From: Hominilimicola sp.
Lineage (GTDB): Bacteria; Bacillota; Clostridia; UBA1381
Reading direction: 5' to 3'
Length of the DNA: 47,088 nt
NCBI GenBank assembly: GCA_051877355.1
Contig: JBJEIU010000181.1
Location: 1 to 47,088, forward strand
A model generated the notes under the pieces. It searched no databases, was not told where the DNA came from, and saw nothing but the letters and a program-made list of their open reading frames with translations. Shown in pieces: positions 29,285-40,344 of the stretch; position 1 is the stretch's first letter; every line of letters begins with the position of its first letter. The translations under genes were made by a program, and so were the position numbers.

Positions 29285-31927
29285 ATGGAAGACGCAAAAA
29301 ATATAGCAAAAAATTATAATCCGGCTGAGTTTGAGGACAAGCTGTATAACGAATGGGTTGAAAAGGGCTATTTCCACGCTGAGGTGGACAAGAACAAAAA
29401 GCCTTTCACAATCGTTATTCCGCCCCCGAATGTAACGGGTCAGCTTCATATGGGACACGCACTTGACGAAACATTGCAGGATATTCTTATCCGTTACAAG
29501 AGAATGCAGGGATATTCCGCGCTGTGGGTACCCGGCACAGACCATGCCGGTATCGCTACGCAGATTAAGGTTGAGGCTGAGCTTCGTGAAAAAGAGGGTC
29601 TTACACGCTACGACTTGGGACGTGAAAAGTTCCTTGAAAGAGTTTGGGACTGGAAAAACCAGTACGGCAGCAGAATTATAAACCAGCTTAAGAAAATCGG
29701 CTCGTCCTGCGATTGGGACAGAGAACGCTTTACTATGGACGAGGGCTGCTCAAAGGCTGTTAAGGAGGTTTTCGTAAACCTTTACAACAAAGGTCTTATT
29801 TATCAGGGCTCAAGAATTATAAACTGGTGTCCGCACTGCATTACCGCGCTTTCGGACGCGGAGGTTGAGCATGCAGAGCAGGCAGGTCACTTCTGGCACA
29901 TCAAGTACCCGATTAAGGACAGCGACGATTTTGTTATAATCGCCACAACACGTCCCGAAACGCTGTTCGGCGATACGGCTGTAGCCGTTAACCCCGAGGA
30001 CGAGCGTTACAAGGATTTGATAGGCAAAATGCTTATTCTTCCCCTTGTAGGACGTGAAATCCCCGTTATCGCAGACGAATACGTTGACAAGGAGTTTGGT
30101 ACAGGCTGCGTTAAGATTACGCCTGCCCACGACCCCAACGACTTTGAAGTAGGTCAGCGCCACAACCTTGAACAGATTAAGGTTATGAACGACGACGCAA
30201 CAATGAACTCATACGCGGGCAAGTATGAGGGCATGGACAGATACGAATGCCGCAAGGCAATGGTTAAGGATTTGGAGAACCAAGGACTTCTCGTTAAGGT
30301 TGAGGATCACAGCCACAACGTAGGTCAGTGCTACCGCTGCGGAACAACTGTTGAGCCTATCATTTCAAAGCAGTGGTTCGTTAAGATGAAACCGCTTGCA
30401 CAGCCTGCAATTGACGCTGTAAAGAACAAGGAAACAGTATTTGTTCCCGAGCATTTTGAAAAGGTATATTTCCACTGGCTTGAAAATATCAAGGACTGGT
30501 GTATTTCCCGTCAGCTGTGGTGGGGACACAGAATACCCGCATTCTACTGCGACGACTGCGGCGAGATGGTCGTAACAAAGGAAGATAAGGCAATATGCCC
30601 GAAGTGCGGAAAGGAAATGCGTCAGGACCCCGATACTCTTGACACATGGTTCTCGTCGGCGCTGTGGCCGTTCTCAACGCTCGGCTGGCCCGACAAGACG
30701 GAGGAGCTGGACTACTTCTACCCCACAAGCGTGCTTGTAACAGGCTACGACATTATCCCATTCTGGGTAATGAGAATGATGTTCTCCGCCCTTGAGCATA
30801 CGGGCGAGGTACCGTTTAAGCATGTGTTCATACACGGTCTTGTACGTGACAGTCAGGGCAGAAAGATGAGTAAGTCACTGGGCAACGGTATTGACCCATT
30901 GGAAATAGTTGAAAAGTACGGCGCGGACGCGCTGCGTTTTACGCTTGCCACAGGCAACGCGCCGGGCAATGACATGCGTTTTTACATTGAGCGTGTTGAG
31001 GCGAGCCGTAACTTTGCAAACAAAATATGGAACGCGTCACGCTTTACGCTGATGAATTTGGACATTACCGAAAACAAACTGCCCGATTTAGCGGAATTAC
31101 AGCTTGAGGACAAGTGGATTTTGTCAAGATACAACGAGGTTGTAAAGGTTGTTACTGAAAATCTTGACAAATTTGAACTGGGCGTTGCCCTGTCAAACCT
31201 GTACGACTTTATATGGGAAAACTTCTGCGACTGGTATATTGAGCTTGTAAAGCCGAGATTGTTCGACAAGGAGAACCCGACGGCGAAAACGGCGCAGTAT
31301 GTGCTGACATACGTGCTTTCAAATACAATGAAGCTTCTGCACCCGTTCATGCCATTTATTACCGAGGAAATATGGCAGCACCTCCCCCACGAGGGCGAAA
31401 GTATAATGATAAGCAATTGGCCTGAATATGACGAGAAATTAAACTTCCCTCAGGACGAGGAAAGCATGGAGCTAATAATGCAGGCAATCAGCGCAATCAG
31501 AAACCGCAGAGCAGAGATGAATGTTCCGCCGTCAAAGAAAGCAAAGGTTATTATAGTTACAGCCAAAACCAACGTATTCACGCAGGGAACGGCGTTCTTT
31601 GAAAAGCTTGCGTCCGCAAGCGAGGCGATTGTGCAGACAGATAAGAGCGGCATAAGCGACAATGCGGTTAACGTGGTTGTTCCATCAGCCGAGATTTATC
31701 TGCCTCTTGATGAGCTTGTAGACAAGAGCAAAGAGCTTGAACGTCTTAACACTGAAAAGAAAAAGCTTGAGGGCGAAATTAAGCGTGTTGAGGGTAAGCT
31801 CGGCAATCCGGGATTTGTCAATAAAGCCCCTGCAAGGGTTGTTGACGAGGAAAGAGCCAAGGGTGAAAAATACAAGGAAATGCTTGAAAAGGTACTCGAA
31901 AGCATTAAATCAATGGAGAATGTGTAA
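29285..31927 (+). CDS. valS: Valine--tRNA ligase
   Basis: [33 protein letters not shown]-terminal coiled coil. Confidence 0.98.
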   Translation: MEDAKNIAKNYNPAEFEDKLYNEWVEKGYFHAEVDKNKKPFTIVIPPPNVTGQLHMGHALDETLQDILIRYKRMQGYSALWVPGTDHAGIATQIKVEAELREKEGLTRYDLGREKFLERVWDWKNQYGSRIINQLKKIGSSCDWDRERFTMDEGCSKAVKEVFVNLYNKGLIYQGSRIINWCPHCITALSDAEVEHAEQAGHFWHIKYPIKDSDDFVIIATTRPETLFGDTAVAVNPEDERYKDLIGKMLILPLVGREIPVIADEYVDKEFGTGCVKITPAHDPNDFEVGQRHNLEQIKVMNDDATMNSYAGKYEGMDRYECRKAMVKDLENQGLLVKVEDHSHNVGQCYRCGTTVEPIISKQWFVKMKPLAQPAIDAVKNKETVFVPEHFEKVYFHWLENIKDWCISRQLWWGHRIPAFYCDDCGEMVVTKEDKAICPKCGKEMRQDPDTLDTWFSSALWPFSTLGWPDKTEELDYFYPTSVLVTGYDIIPFWVMRMMFSALEHTGEVPFKHVFIHGLVRDSQGRKMSKSLGNGIDPLEIVEKYGADALRFTLATGNAPGNDMRFYIERVEASRNFANKIWNASRFTLMNLDITENKLPDLAELQLEDKWILSRYNEVVKVVTENLDKFELGVALSNLYDFIWENFCDWYIELVKPRLFDKENPTAKTAQYVLTYVLSNTMKLLHPFMPFITEEIWQHLPHEGESIMISNWPEYDEKLNFPQDEESMELIMQAISAIRNRRAEMNVPPSKKAKVIIVTAKTNVFTQGTAFFEKLASASEAIVQTDKSGISDNAVNVVVPSAEIYLPLDELVDKSKELERLNTEKKKLEGEIKRVEGKLGNPGFVNKAPARVVDEERAKGEKYKEMLEKVLESIKSMENV

Positions 31928-31937
31928 TTTGATTTCA

Positions 31938-31970
31938 TTACAGACCGCACAAAAACGGTCTGTAATTTTT
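31938..31970 (+). terminator. Intrinsic terminator
   Basis: TTACAGACCG-cacaaaaa-CGGTCTGTAA-TTTTT. Confidence 0.8.
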
Positions 31971-32069
31971 ATGGTGTTTTTTACATTTAAGTATTGCAAA
32001 TATTTCTAAAATAATATATAATATTATTATCAAATTTATTGAAAATAACAAGAAAGGCGGACTATTCCA

Positions 32070-33332
32070 ATGTACGATTTAAAAAAGGGCTATGAATTAG
32101 CAAAAGAATACTACGCTCAATACGGTATTGACGTAGACAAGATGATTGAAATCTGTGATAAGACTCCTATTTCAATGCACTGCTGGCAGGGCGATGACGT
32201 TGCCGGCTTTGAAAAGAAGGAGGGTGGTCTTACAGGCGGTATCCAGACTACAGGCAACTATCCCGGCGCAGCAAGAAACGCTGAGGAACTGAGAGCTGAC
32301 ATTGAAAAGGCTATGTCATATATTCCCGGTGAGCTTAAGGTAAATGTTCACGCTAACTATCAAGAGGCTGACACATTCGTTGACAGAAACGAAATTGGTC
32401 CTGAGCATTTTGAAAACTGGGTAAACTGGGCAGTTGAAAAGGGTATTGGTCTTGACTTCAATCCTACATATTTCTCACACCCGAAGAGCGAAAAGGCTAC
32501 TCTTTCATCATCAGATGAGGATATAAGAAAGTTCTGGGTTGAGCATGGTATCAGATGCCGTCAGATAGGCGGATATTTCGCTGAAAAGACAGGCAAAACC
32601 TGCGTTATCAACCACTGGACACCTGACGGTGACAAGGAATTCCCTGTTGACACGCTTACACCGAGAAAGCAGCTAAAGAAGTCATATGACGAAATCTTTG
32701 AGGCTACAAAGGACGTCAAGAACGTAATGGACGGTATCGAGTCAAAGGTATTCGGTATCGGTGCGGAAAGCTTTACAGCAGGCTCACATGAATTCTGCAT
32801 GGGCTACGTTATGAAGGCTAACAGCGACCACATCATTATGACACTTGATACAGGTCATTATCACCCGACAGAGGTTGTATCCGCTAAATTGGGTGCGGTT
32901 TACACATTCTCTGACCATGTCTTGCTTCACGTTTCACGTCCTGTAAGATGGGACAGCGACCACGTTGTTGCGTTTGACGATGAAACAAAGTCAATCATGG
33001 AGGAGCTTGTTCGTCTTGACAAGCTTCAGGATACATATATCGCAACCGACTTCTTCGACGCGTCAATCAATAGAATTGCCGCATGGGTTATCGGTATGAG
33101 AAACACAAGAAAGGCTATGCTTTACGCTCTTCTTCAGCCGACAGAGCAGATGAAGAAGCTTGAGGCTGACGGCGACGTAAGCGGCAGACTTGCATATATG
33201 CAGGAATTCAAGGCTGCTCCGTTCTCACTTGTTTGGGACTACTACTGCGAGAAGAACAACAAGGGCGTAGGTCTTTCATGGCTTGACGAGGTTCGTCAGT
33301 ATGAAAAGGACGTTCTTTCAAAGAGAAACTAA
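32070..33332 (+). CDS. rhaA: L-rhamnose isomerase
   Basis: ISMHCWQGDDV.GFE, GLDFNPT.FSHP, ESK.FGIG.ES, GHYHPTE, HVSRPVRWDSDHVV; TTGCAA-N17-TATAAT upstream. Confidence 0.96.
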   Translation: MYDLKKGYELAKEYYAQYGIDVDKMIEICDKTPISMHCWQGDDVAGFEKKEGGLTGGIQTTGNYPGAARNAEELRADIEKAMSYIPGELKVNVHANYQEADTFVDRNEIGPEHFENWVNWAVEKGIGLDFNPTYFSHPKSEKATLSSSDEDIRKFWVEHGIRCRQIGGYFAEKTGKTCVINHWTPDGDKEFPVDTLTPRKQLKKSYDEIFEATKDVKNVMDGIESKVFGIGAESFTAGSHEFCMGYVMKANSDHIIMTLDTGHYHPTEVVSAKLGAVYTFSDHVLLHVSRPVRWDSDHVVAFDDETKSIMEELVRLDKLQDTYIATDFFDASINRIAAWVIGMRNTRKAMLYALLQPTEQMKKLEADGDVSGRLAYMQEFKAAPFSLVWDYYCEKNNKGVGLSWLDEVRQYEKDVLSKRN

Positions 33333-33353
33333 TTTAGTTTTAAGTTGCAACAT

Positions 33354-33386
33354 AAAAAGGAATTGTCATATGACAATTCCTTTTTT
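33354..33386. terminator. Bidirectional terminator (32-bp perfect palindrome)
   Basis: AAAAAGGAATTGTCATATGACAATTCCTTTTT between convergent rhaA and GH88. Confidence 0.85.
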
Positions 33387-33461
33387 AGTGTGTCCACTGT
33401 GACCGTAGCCGAAAATACAGATATTATTGAAACTTAGTGTCGCATTCGCAAGCGAATGCTA

Positions 33462-34637
33462 CTACCAATACAAATTCCAGTCCCCTGTCAGCCTTGTCAG
33501 CGCCTCCATATAGAAGTAGTCGCCCCATGTGTTGCACTCGTCCACTCCGCCGTTATGACAGGTGTTTGTGGGTGTCTTGCGCGAATATGTGCCGTGCAAG
33601 AGAAGTCCGTTGGATTGCTCCGCGCTTTTCACCGCGCACATATCCATAACCGCCTTTAAAATACGCTTTGCCGCCGCGGTGTAATACTGCGCCTCACCAC
33701 TTGGAAGTCTTTTTGCCATTTCCAGCATACCGCACACCGCGATTACGCCTGCGGACGAATCACGCGGCTCATGGCTTCCCGTGTCAAAGTCAAAATCCCA
33801 GTACGGCATTAAATCCTCGGGCAGATGCTCAATAAAGTAATCCGTAACGCGTCTGAATATGTTAACATAGCTTTCATTGCCTGTTTTTTCATAGGCAAGA
33901 GCGCTGCCGTATATTCCCCACGCCTGACCGCGCGCCCATGCAGAGCCGTCACGGTTTCCCTGATTTGTAACGCCCTTGACGCTCTCGCCTGTGTCTGGGT
34001 CAAAGAAATACGTATGGTACGTGGAATTATCATCACGCACCACATAATTCATAGCCGTTTTTATATGCGCCTTTGCCTTATCGCTGTAACGTCCGTCACC
34101 TGTCACATCACTCGCCCAGAACAAAAGCGGCATATTCATAAGACAGTCAATGATAAGTCGGTAATTATCCCTATCGTCCATTGCGCCCCATGCCTGAAAA
34201 AACTGTCCCTTTTCCTGAAAGCGCGTCATCAGATTATCCGCCGCCAAAAGCGCCGCTTTTTTGCCCTTTTCGCTGCCCGTTAGCTTATATGCTGCCACGC
34301 ATGACGGACTATACAGAAAGCCCATGTCATGGTGGTCAACATTGATATGCTGTTCTATTCTTTCGAGAAAGGACTCCACCTGACAAAGCGCAGCTTCCTT
34401 TAACCGTTCATCACCGCTTCGCTCATAGGCAAGCCATATTTCGCCCGTCCAGAAGCCCTCCGTCCAGTCGTTGTTGTATGACTTACCATAAAAATTATTT
34501 TCGCTGTTCGCAGTTGGAAAGCAATCGTAAAACTCCCCGATATTCGTTTTCGTAAGCTCAACGGCTCTGTCAAGCGCATTGTTTATTTCCTCATCTGTAG
34601 AAATCGGATAATTTTTAAGCTGTTCTCGTGTAATCAT
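33462..34637 (-). CDS. GH88 unsaturated glucuronyl hydrolase
   Basis: WT.GFW.G, HHDMGFLY, LIIDCLMN, WARGQAW, RDSSA, WGDYFYMEAL. Confidence 0.93.
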   Translation of the reverse strand: MITREQLKNYPISTDEEINNALDRAVELTKTNIGEFYDCFPTANSENNFYGKSYNNDWTEGFWTGEIWLAYERSGDERLKEAALCQVESFLERIEQHINVDHHDMGFLYSPSCVAAYKLTGSEKGKKAALLAADNLMTRFQEKGQFFQAWGAMDDRDNYRLIIDCLMNMPLLFWASDVTGDGRYSDKAKAHIKTAMNYVVRDDNSTYHTYFFDPDTGESVKGVTNQGNRDGSAWARGQAWGIYGSALAYEKTGNESYVNIFRRVTDYFIEHLPEDLMPYWDFDFDTGSHEPRDSSAGVIAVCGMLEMAKRLPSGEAQYYTAAAKRILKAVMDMCAVKSAEQSNGLLLHGTYSRKTPTNTCHNGGVDECNTWGDYFYMEALTRLTGDWNLYW

Positions 34638-34649
34638 AAAATCCCGTCC

Positions 34650-35033
34650 TTATTTTATCTGTCCATGCTTTTCATAGCTTGAAATCTGTTTTATTTTATT
34701 ATCCTCGTCCACAAAGACAACGGTCGGCTTGTGTGCCTTTGCTTCCTCTGCGTCCATATTGCAGTACGCCATAATTATTATCTTGTCGCCCTTCTGCACG
34801 CACCGTGCCGCCGCACCGTTAAGACATATAACACCCGAATTTTCCTCGCCCGCGATTGTGTACGTTTCAAAACGCTCACCATTGTTTATATCAACTATCT
34901 GCACCTTTTCATATTCAAGTATTCCAGCCGCCTTTAAAAGCGCGGTGTCAACCGTTATACTGCCCACATAGTCCAGCTCCGCCTGTGTGACAGTGGCGCG
35001 GTGTATTTTACCTTTAAGCATTGTCAGTTCCAT
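34650..35033 (-). CDS. panD: Aspartate 1-decarboxylase
   Basis: [17 protein letters not shown] (Gly-Ser self-cleavage), NG.RF.TY, NGAAAR; start ATG 35033. Confidence 0.97.
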   Translation of the reverse strand: MELTMLKGKIHRATVTQAELDYVGSITVDTALLKAAGILEYEKVQIVDINNGERFETYTIAGEENSGVICLNGAAARCVQKGDKIIIMAYCNMDAEEAKAHKPTVVFVDEDNKIKQISSYEKHGQIK

Positions 35034-35045
35034 TTTTATCACTCC

Positions 35046-35885
35046 TTATTCCATGATAAAATTATCTATAAGACGTGTTTTTCCAATGTAAACCGCCATT
35101 GCGCACAGAAGCGGTGTCTTTACCTCGTCAAGCGGTTCAAGCTCATTGAAGTCAACCATTTCAACGTAGTCAATTTTTGCAAGCGGCTCTTTTTCAATTT
35201 CCGCCTTAATCGCGTCAATGATTGTTTTAACATTCTTTTCACCGTCTTTAATCATAGCCTTGCCGATTTCAAGCGAACGCGACAAGCAAAGCGCTGCCTT
35301 GCGTTCCTCTTCGTTAAGGTAAGTGTTTCTGCTGCTCTTTGCAAGTCCGTCCGCCTCGCGGATAATCGGACAGCCGACAATTTCTATATCAAAATTCAAA
35401 TCCCTAACCATTTTCTTTATAACGCAAAGCTGCTGCGCGTCCTTTTGTCCGAAGTACGCCCTGTCTGGAGTTACAATATTGAAAAGCTTGCTGACAACTG
35501 TGCATACTCCCGAAAAATGTATCGGGCGCGTTTTCCCGCAAAGCACCTTTGTAATTTTGTTCATATCAACAAAGGTCAGCGCGTTGTCATACATCTCGTC
35601 AGCTTCGGGATTGAAAATAAGGCTTGCGCCCGCACTCTCACACAGCGCCGCGTCAGCGTTTATGTCGCGCGGATAGCTTTCAAAGTCCTCATTTGGCCCA
35701 AACTGCGTGGGGTTTACGAAATCGCTGACCACCACGCGGTCATTTTCCTTTACCGCTCTGTCAATAAGGCTCTTGTGTCCCTCATGCAGATAACCCATTG
35801 TCGGCACAAGTCCCACGGTAAGACCCTCACGCTTCCACTGCTTTACAACCGCCCTCAATTCATCTATCTTTTTAATAATCTGCAT
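35046..35885 (-). CDS. panC: Pantoate--beta-alanine ligase
   Basis: VPTMGYLHEGH, FVNPTQF, FGQKDAQQ, GLAKSSRN, RLIDN. Confidence 0.98.
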   Translation of the reverse strand: MQIIKKIDELRAVVKQWKREGLTVGLVPTMGYLHEGHKSLIDRAVKENDRVVVSDFVNPTQFGPNEDFESYPRDINADAALCESAGASLIFNPEADEMYDNALTFVDMNKITKVLCGKTRPIHFSGVCTVVSKLFNIVTPDRAYFGQKDAQQLCVIKKMVRDLNFDIEIVGCPIIREADGLAKSSRNTYLNEEERKAALCLSRSLEIGKAMIKDGEKNVKTIIDAIKAEIEKEPLAKIDYVEMVDFNELEPLDEVKTPLLCAMAVYIGKTRLIDNFIME

Positions 35886-36722
35886 TTAATTTTCCTCCAA
35901 TATAGCTTTCATAACCTCATCATCTATCTTAAAGGTGTGTTCCTTTGCAGGGAACTCGCCCGATTTTACTTCTTCACAATATTTCTTAAAGCTTGCCGTC
36001 ATGCTCTCGCCGATATTTCCGAATTTCTTGACAAACTTCGGAGTAAAATCGGAATACATGGCAAGCATATCCTGATACACAAGCACCTGACCGTCACAGT
36101 CGCTCCCCGCGCCTATGCCGATTGTGGGAATACTCAGTATTTCCGTTATATATTCCGCAAGCGCCGCAGGAACACATTCAAGCACAACCGCAAACGCACC
36201 TGCTTCCTCCACCGCCTTTGCGTCCTCAATTACCTTTCTCGCGTCCTCTATACTCTTTCCCTGTACCTTAAAACCGCCGAAAGCGTTCACCGATTGGGGC
36301 GTCATGCCTACGTGACCCACAACGGGGATTGACGCGTCGACTATCGCGCGTATATGCTCCTTGAACTTCACGCCGCCCTCAAGCTTTACAGCGTCGGCAT
36401 GTCCCTCTTTAATAAGTCTGCCTGCGTTTACAACCGCGTCATACACGGACGTCTGATAGGACATGAACGGCATGTCCGTTACAACAAGCGCGTTTTCTGC
36501 GCCGCGCGCAACCGCCGTACTGTGGTGAATCATATCCTCCATTGTCACTGACAGCGTGTTCTCATAACCGAGCACAACCATTCCCAGTGAATCACCCACA
36601 AGAATGGATTCTACCCCTGCCTCGTCCTCCAGCTTTGCCGTAGAGTAGTCATAGGCGGTCAGCATTGTTATTTTTTCTCCGTTTTGTTTTGCTTTTTTAA
36701 AGGCCAACGTTGTAGTTTTCAT
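35886..36722 (-). CDS. panB: 3-methyl-2-oxobutanoate hydroxymethyltransferase
   Basis: [33 protein letters not shown]; start ATG 36722. Confidence 0.98.
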   Translation of the reverse strand: MKTTTLAFKKAKQNGEKITMLTAYDYSTAKLEDEAGVESILVGDSLGMVVLGYENTLSVTMEDMIHHSTAVARGAENALVVTDMPFMSYQTSVYDAVVNAGRLIKEGHADAVKLEGGVKFKEHIRAIVDASIPVVGHVGMTPQSVNAFGGFKVQGKSIEDARKVIEDAKAVEEAGAFAVVLECVPAALAEYITEILSIPTIGIGAGSDCDGQVLVYQDMLAMYSDFTPKFVKKFGNIGESMTASFKKYCEEVKSGEFPAKEHTFKIDDEVMKAILEEN

Positions 36723-37497
36723 TTCCCTCAATTTTCTCCTTCATCTCGAATATAACGTCCGTTAAACGCTGATACAATTTTTTCTCTTTTTCATTTAAAA
36801 CTTTCATATGCCGTTCAAGCGTTACTGTGTCGCCGCGGATTGCAGGGCCTGTTATCGCCCTTTCGCAGCCCACATCTATGATGTTTTCCATGTTACAGCG
36901 CATAAGATTACTCAACGCTTTTTGCGCCTCGTCCTTATTAAAGCCGCATTCAGTGAGCAGCTTTACCGCCTCATAGCAGACGGACACAACAAAATTAGAC
37001 GCAAAGCATGCCGCCGCATGATATTTCGCCTTGTTTTCACTTGTAATCACTTTAAACTTGTTATTGCATAATGAAAGAATTTCAGATACCCTATCCACAG
37101 CCGTTTTCCCGCCCTCAATGGTGAAAAACGCCTCGGATATGGCTTCTATTGACGTATGCTTACTGTTAAAAGCAAGCATCGGATGAACAGAGCAAACCAT
37201 CTCAGGATTTGCGCCTATAAAAATTTCACTTGACACAGAGCCGCTGCAATGGCATATTATTTTATCCGTTAAATCCATATACCTTATTTCATTCCATATT
37301 TGCGGAATTGCAGTATCGGTGACAGTTATAAAAATCACGTCACTTCTGCGTAAAAGTTCCGCGCAGCTTAAAAATTCAAAATCCTCTGTATTGTTACCCC
37401 GCGAAGAAAAACCGCTGATTTTAATGCCCTTGCTTCTGAAATAGTAAGCCAGGCTCATGCCGCACTTTCCCGCGCCGATAAAACCTATTGCGCTCAT
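36697..37497 (-). CDS. Rossmann-like/DUF2520 protein (PanG-type ketopantoate reductase candidate)
   Basis: GFIGAG, HCSGS, HP, YHAAA.FASN, TGP..RGD..T..H; first gene of pan operon; start ATG 37497 after GGGAGG. Confidence 0.85.
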   Translation of the reverse strand: MSAIGFIGAGKCGMSLAYYFRSKGIKISGFSSRGNNTEDFEFLSCAELLRRSDVIFITVTDTAIPQIWNEIRYMDLTDKIICHCSGSVSSEIFIGANPEMVCSVHPMLAFNSKHTSIEAISEAFFTIEGGKTAVDRVSEILSLCNNKFKVITSENKAKYHAAACFASNFVVSVCYEAVKLLTECGFNKDEAQKALSNLMRCNMENIIDVGCERAITGPAIRGDTVTLERHMKVLNEKEKKLYQRLTDVIFEMKEKIEGNENYNVGL

Positions 37498-37628
37498 ATT
37501 ACCGCCTCCCGATAATACCACGACTTGTAAAAAGTCAGGTGCAATTTTCATAGAAATACTGCCCATCATTTTCATTTTATCATATTTTTTCTGATATTAC
37601 AATAGGATATTTGAATTTTATTCAACAC

Positions 37629-37655
37629 AAAAGACTGCCGTATTGGCAGCCTTTT
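37629..37655 (-). terminator. Terminator closing the phage-like module
   Basis: AAAAGACTGCCG-tat-TGGCAGCCTTTT just past the amidase stop. Confidence 0.75.
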
Positions 37656-37660
37656 CTGTA

Positions 37661-38461
37661 TTATTCATTCAGTTTTCCCGCAAGGCGGTAGATAATCACG
37701 CAGGTCCATAGCTTTGTATCATCAAGATTAAGTCCGCTGCCCGTGCCGACAATTATTCCGTTATCCACGCACCACTGCACAGCCTCTCTTGCCCATTCGG
37801 GCATATTGCTGTCTATATAATTATAAATCATTGGGTTTTCAAGCTTATAAACCTCATTCTGCAAAACATCTACCCTTGCGGTCTGATTTGCTATCAGCTG
37901 TTTCAATTCCTCATACTGCGACATTGTAAGCTCCTCCTCCATTTTTTCATCAATTATTGCATCTCCTATCGCTTTTGCTATTGCGTCCGCTCCGACGCTG
38001 TGATATAAATCCGCATCGGATTTTGTGTCCACAAAGCACACCTCAACAAGCATTGCGCGCGCGTCTGAACGACGTACCACATACAGGTTTGAACCGTCCT
38101 TTATTCCTCGGTTTACAAATCCCAGCTCCGCCATATTTTCGCACACAAGCTCCGCCTGTGAAAATTTTTCTCCGTTGTAGGTGTACACCTCTGTGCCGCG
38201 TCCGCCGCCGCTGTTGAAATGTATTGATACAAACAAATCAAGTGGCTGCGCGTTTGCCATTGCGACAATCTGACTTAAATTTTCACTCACCGTTGAAGCA
38301 CGGTCATTGGTACAGTCCACTACCGTCACGCCCTTACCGCGAAGATAATCCATAAGCTTGTAGCCGATTACCCTTGTTTCATCACTTTCGTTCAGGTATC
38401 CCACCGCGCCGCTGCCTATAGTACCGCTTACGGTGTGTCCGCAGTTTATTCCTACTATCAT
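37661..38461 (-). CDS. N-acetylmuramoyl-L-alanine amidase (Amidase_3) with C-terminal SLH-like domain; endolysin/autolysin
   Basis: NCGH, E, SIHFN, G.EV, LVEVCFVD; C-terminal PEWAREAVQWCVDNGII.G; start ATG 38461 after AGGAG. Confidence 0.9.
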   Translation of the reverse strand: MIVGINCGHTVSGTIGSGAVGYLNESDETRVIGYKLMDYLRGKGVTVVDCTNDRASTVSENLSQIVAMANAQPLDLFVSIHFNSGGGRGTEVYTYNGEKFSQAELVCENMAELGFVNRGIKDGSNLYVVRRSDARAMLVEVCFVDTKSDADLYHSVGADAIAKAIGDAIIDEKMEEELTMSQYEELKQLIANQTARVDVLQNEVYKLENPMIYNYIDSNMPEWAREAVQWCVDNGIIVGTGSGLNLDDTKLWTCVIIYRLAGKLNE

Positions 38462-38477
38462 GCTAATCACTCCTGTA

Positions 38478-38505
38478 TATTATATGCGCCGATACAGCTT
38501 TATGT
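38478..38505 (-). promoter_or_regulatory. SigmaK-like promoter directly upstream of amidase
   Basis: AC-N17-CATATAATA in the holin-amidase gap. Confidence 0.5.
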
Positions 38506-38906
38506 TACTGCTCATTTTTATCCCTCAGCTGCAAAAGTATATTTTTCAGTGCAGGCGGCATTTTCTGCGATACTGCGGCAACATTTTCAAGTATACTTAT
38601 CCCCTCGTTTGCTATGTAAAACATGATTACCATTTCACGTATTGCAACTACTCCGCCTGTCACTACCTGTGTTATATTCGCAAGCGCCACTATCACAAGT
38701 ATTGTGATTTTTTTCAGTATTCCCTTATAGCCGGTTTCGCTGGATACACTTTTTGTATACACCGCCTTGATGACGCCCGTTATATAATCCAGCATCATAA
38801 GACCTGCCAGCGCCCACAATATTGTATCCCAGTGACCAAACAGCATAGCCACTATTCCGCCCGCTATGCCGACAAATACACTGATAGAATTAAATATCTT
38901 CTCCAT
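38505..38906 (-). CDS. Phage holin (holin_4_1 / toxin secretion-lysis family)
   Basis: LDYITG..KA..SS..G.KG..KK, FYIANEGISILEN, P..LK..L.QL. Confidence 0.93.
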   Translation of the reverse strand: MEKIFNSISVFVGIAGGIVAMLFGHWDTILWALAGLMMLDYITGVIKAVYTKSVSSETGYKGILKKITILVIVALANITQVVTGGVVAIREMVIMFYIANEGISILENVAAVSQKMPPALKNILLQLRDKNEQ

Positions 38907-38925
38907 CTCCTCTGCTCCTTTTCAT

Positions 38926-40344
38926 TTATTCTGTTATTTGTATTTCCTTATCGTTGATACATAGTTTTCCGTCTGAATTTATTCCTATTACGTTCTCTCC
39001 CATTGTAATCTGATTTGCCGTCAGGTCACCCGTAAACAGCATTTTTCCGTCTGTGCCGATTTGGACAGCGGTATTACCGCTATTGTCCATAATCCTGCAC
39101 GTAAATTCTCCGTTCAGATTTCCAAGCTGCAATTTCAGCGCACCGCCGTTTGTTATTTTTATCATATCCGACACTATGGATACCTCACCTGCCGAGGTTG
39201 TAACGGACAGACCGGAATTTGTTATAGTCCCCGAAACAGAAGATGCCTTTACCTTGCCGGTGCTTGTGGACACCTTGCTGTAATTTCTTGTAAGCTTGCC
39301 CATCTGATTGAGATAGAAAAACAAATCCTTTTTTACCCTGCCGATTGATATAACGGTACTGTCGCTCTGATACGGATAGTATTCCAACTTAATTATACGC
39401 TCTGAAATTTCATTTCCGTTGTCAATTACGGTAACATAATCTCCCAGATGTACCTGTTCCGTTTCATCGTATTCCGCAAGCTTTGATATATCCGCATATG
39501 TTCCCGTTATATTGACGCACGGTATATCGATACGTTCGCTGTTTCTTATGTCAAATTCCCAAAGTGCGCGGTTCATTATCTGCTCAGGCTCTATATAATC
39601 AGAATAATCACGGTAGCCCTCGCGCACGCCGTATACAGACGCGTTCGCACTCTGAATATACTGGCAGCCGCCGTTTACGCTGCCTATATGCATATCGTCC
39701 TTGCCGTATGGATACAGACGCGTCACCATGTCCGTTATATCGCGATTAATGGAAATATTCTGCATATTCTTAGTCAAATCAAGACGGATATTTGTATTTT
39801 GTCCGATACGCTCCACCAACGCAATTTTGTAATTATCCGCATATATTTCGCCCTTGCCGCAGTTTTCTATAACTGTCTTTACCACATCAAACGGGTTCGT
39901 CTTATCCTCCGAAAAGAAATCTATTTTAAAACCGTCATAGTCCACGCGGCGCATGCCAAGGCTTTGAAGTTCACCGTCGGTAAACAACGAAAATTTTGTA
40001 CCGCTGAAAGCCTTTTTTAGTACGTCAACAGGCATTACACCCATCATATCAGGCATATTCTGAATATGAATATTGGGCGCGTCGGCATTATATACATGAT
40101 GACATTCCGCATCAAGCACCGCCTTATCGCCCCTATTCCTTACAGCTTTGATTATTCTGTATGCCTGGCCCTCGCACACCACAATTCTGTTTTCGCTTAT
40201 AAGCTCCGACTTTTCATCAAGCGGATAGGAAAATTCAAGCATACGCATGCCATTTATTTCGTGCGTCACGCGCACGCTGTAGGCATCATTAAGCACAATA
40301 CCCTTTTCAAATCTTGTGCTGTCATACGGAAAAAGCTTAAGCAT
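38926..40344 (-). CDS. Phage tail tip protein (Tal / prophage endopeptidase-tail family)
   Basis: EING...LEFSYP, KNMQNI, VTRLYPYGKD, LGDYVTV; follows Dit; start ATG 40344 overlapping Dit stop. Confidence 0.82.
   Translation of the reverse strand: MLKLFPYDSTRFEKGIVLNDAYSVRVTHEINGMRMLEFSYPLDEKSELISENRIVVCEGQAYRIIKAVRNRGDKAVLDAECHHVYNADAPNIHIQNMPDMMGVMPVDVLKKAFSGTKFSLFTDGELQSLGMRRVDYDGFKIDFFSEDKTNPFDVVKTVIENCGKGEIYADNYKIALVERIGQNTNIRLDLTKNMQNISINRDITDMVTRLYPYGKDDMHIGSVNGGCQYIQSANASVYGVREGYRDYSDYIEPEQIMNRALWEFDIRNSERIDIPCVNITGTYADISKLAEYDETEQVHLGDYVTVIDNGNEISERIIKLEYYPYQSDSTVISIGRVKKDLFFYLNQMGKLTRNYSKVSTSTGKVKASSVSGTITNSGLSVTTSAGEVSIVSDMIKITNGGALKLQLGNLNGEFTCRIMDNSGNTAVQIGTDGKMLFTGDLTANQITMGENVIGINSDGKLCINDKEIQITE

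Noticed and set aside
30522-30533. GGGGACACAGAA on + strand as an opposite-orientation motif copy
   Set aside because: Two mismatches and explained by the invariant ValRS WGHR peptide
33441-33458. Hairpin GCATTCGC-aa-GCGAATGC after GH88 stop
   Set aside because: No U-tract and only one copy seen; the 33354-33386 palindrome already provides termination
35001-36332. 443-aa + strand ORF
   Set aside because: Antisense shadow of panB/panC/panD; no recognisable motifs; explained by codon bias on the coding strand
37500-37660. Possible attR site of a prophage
   Set aside because: No tRNA end or recognisable core; the partner repeat would lie outside the window, so it cannot be called or excluded
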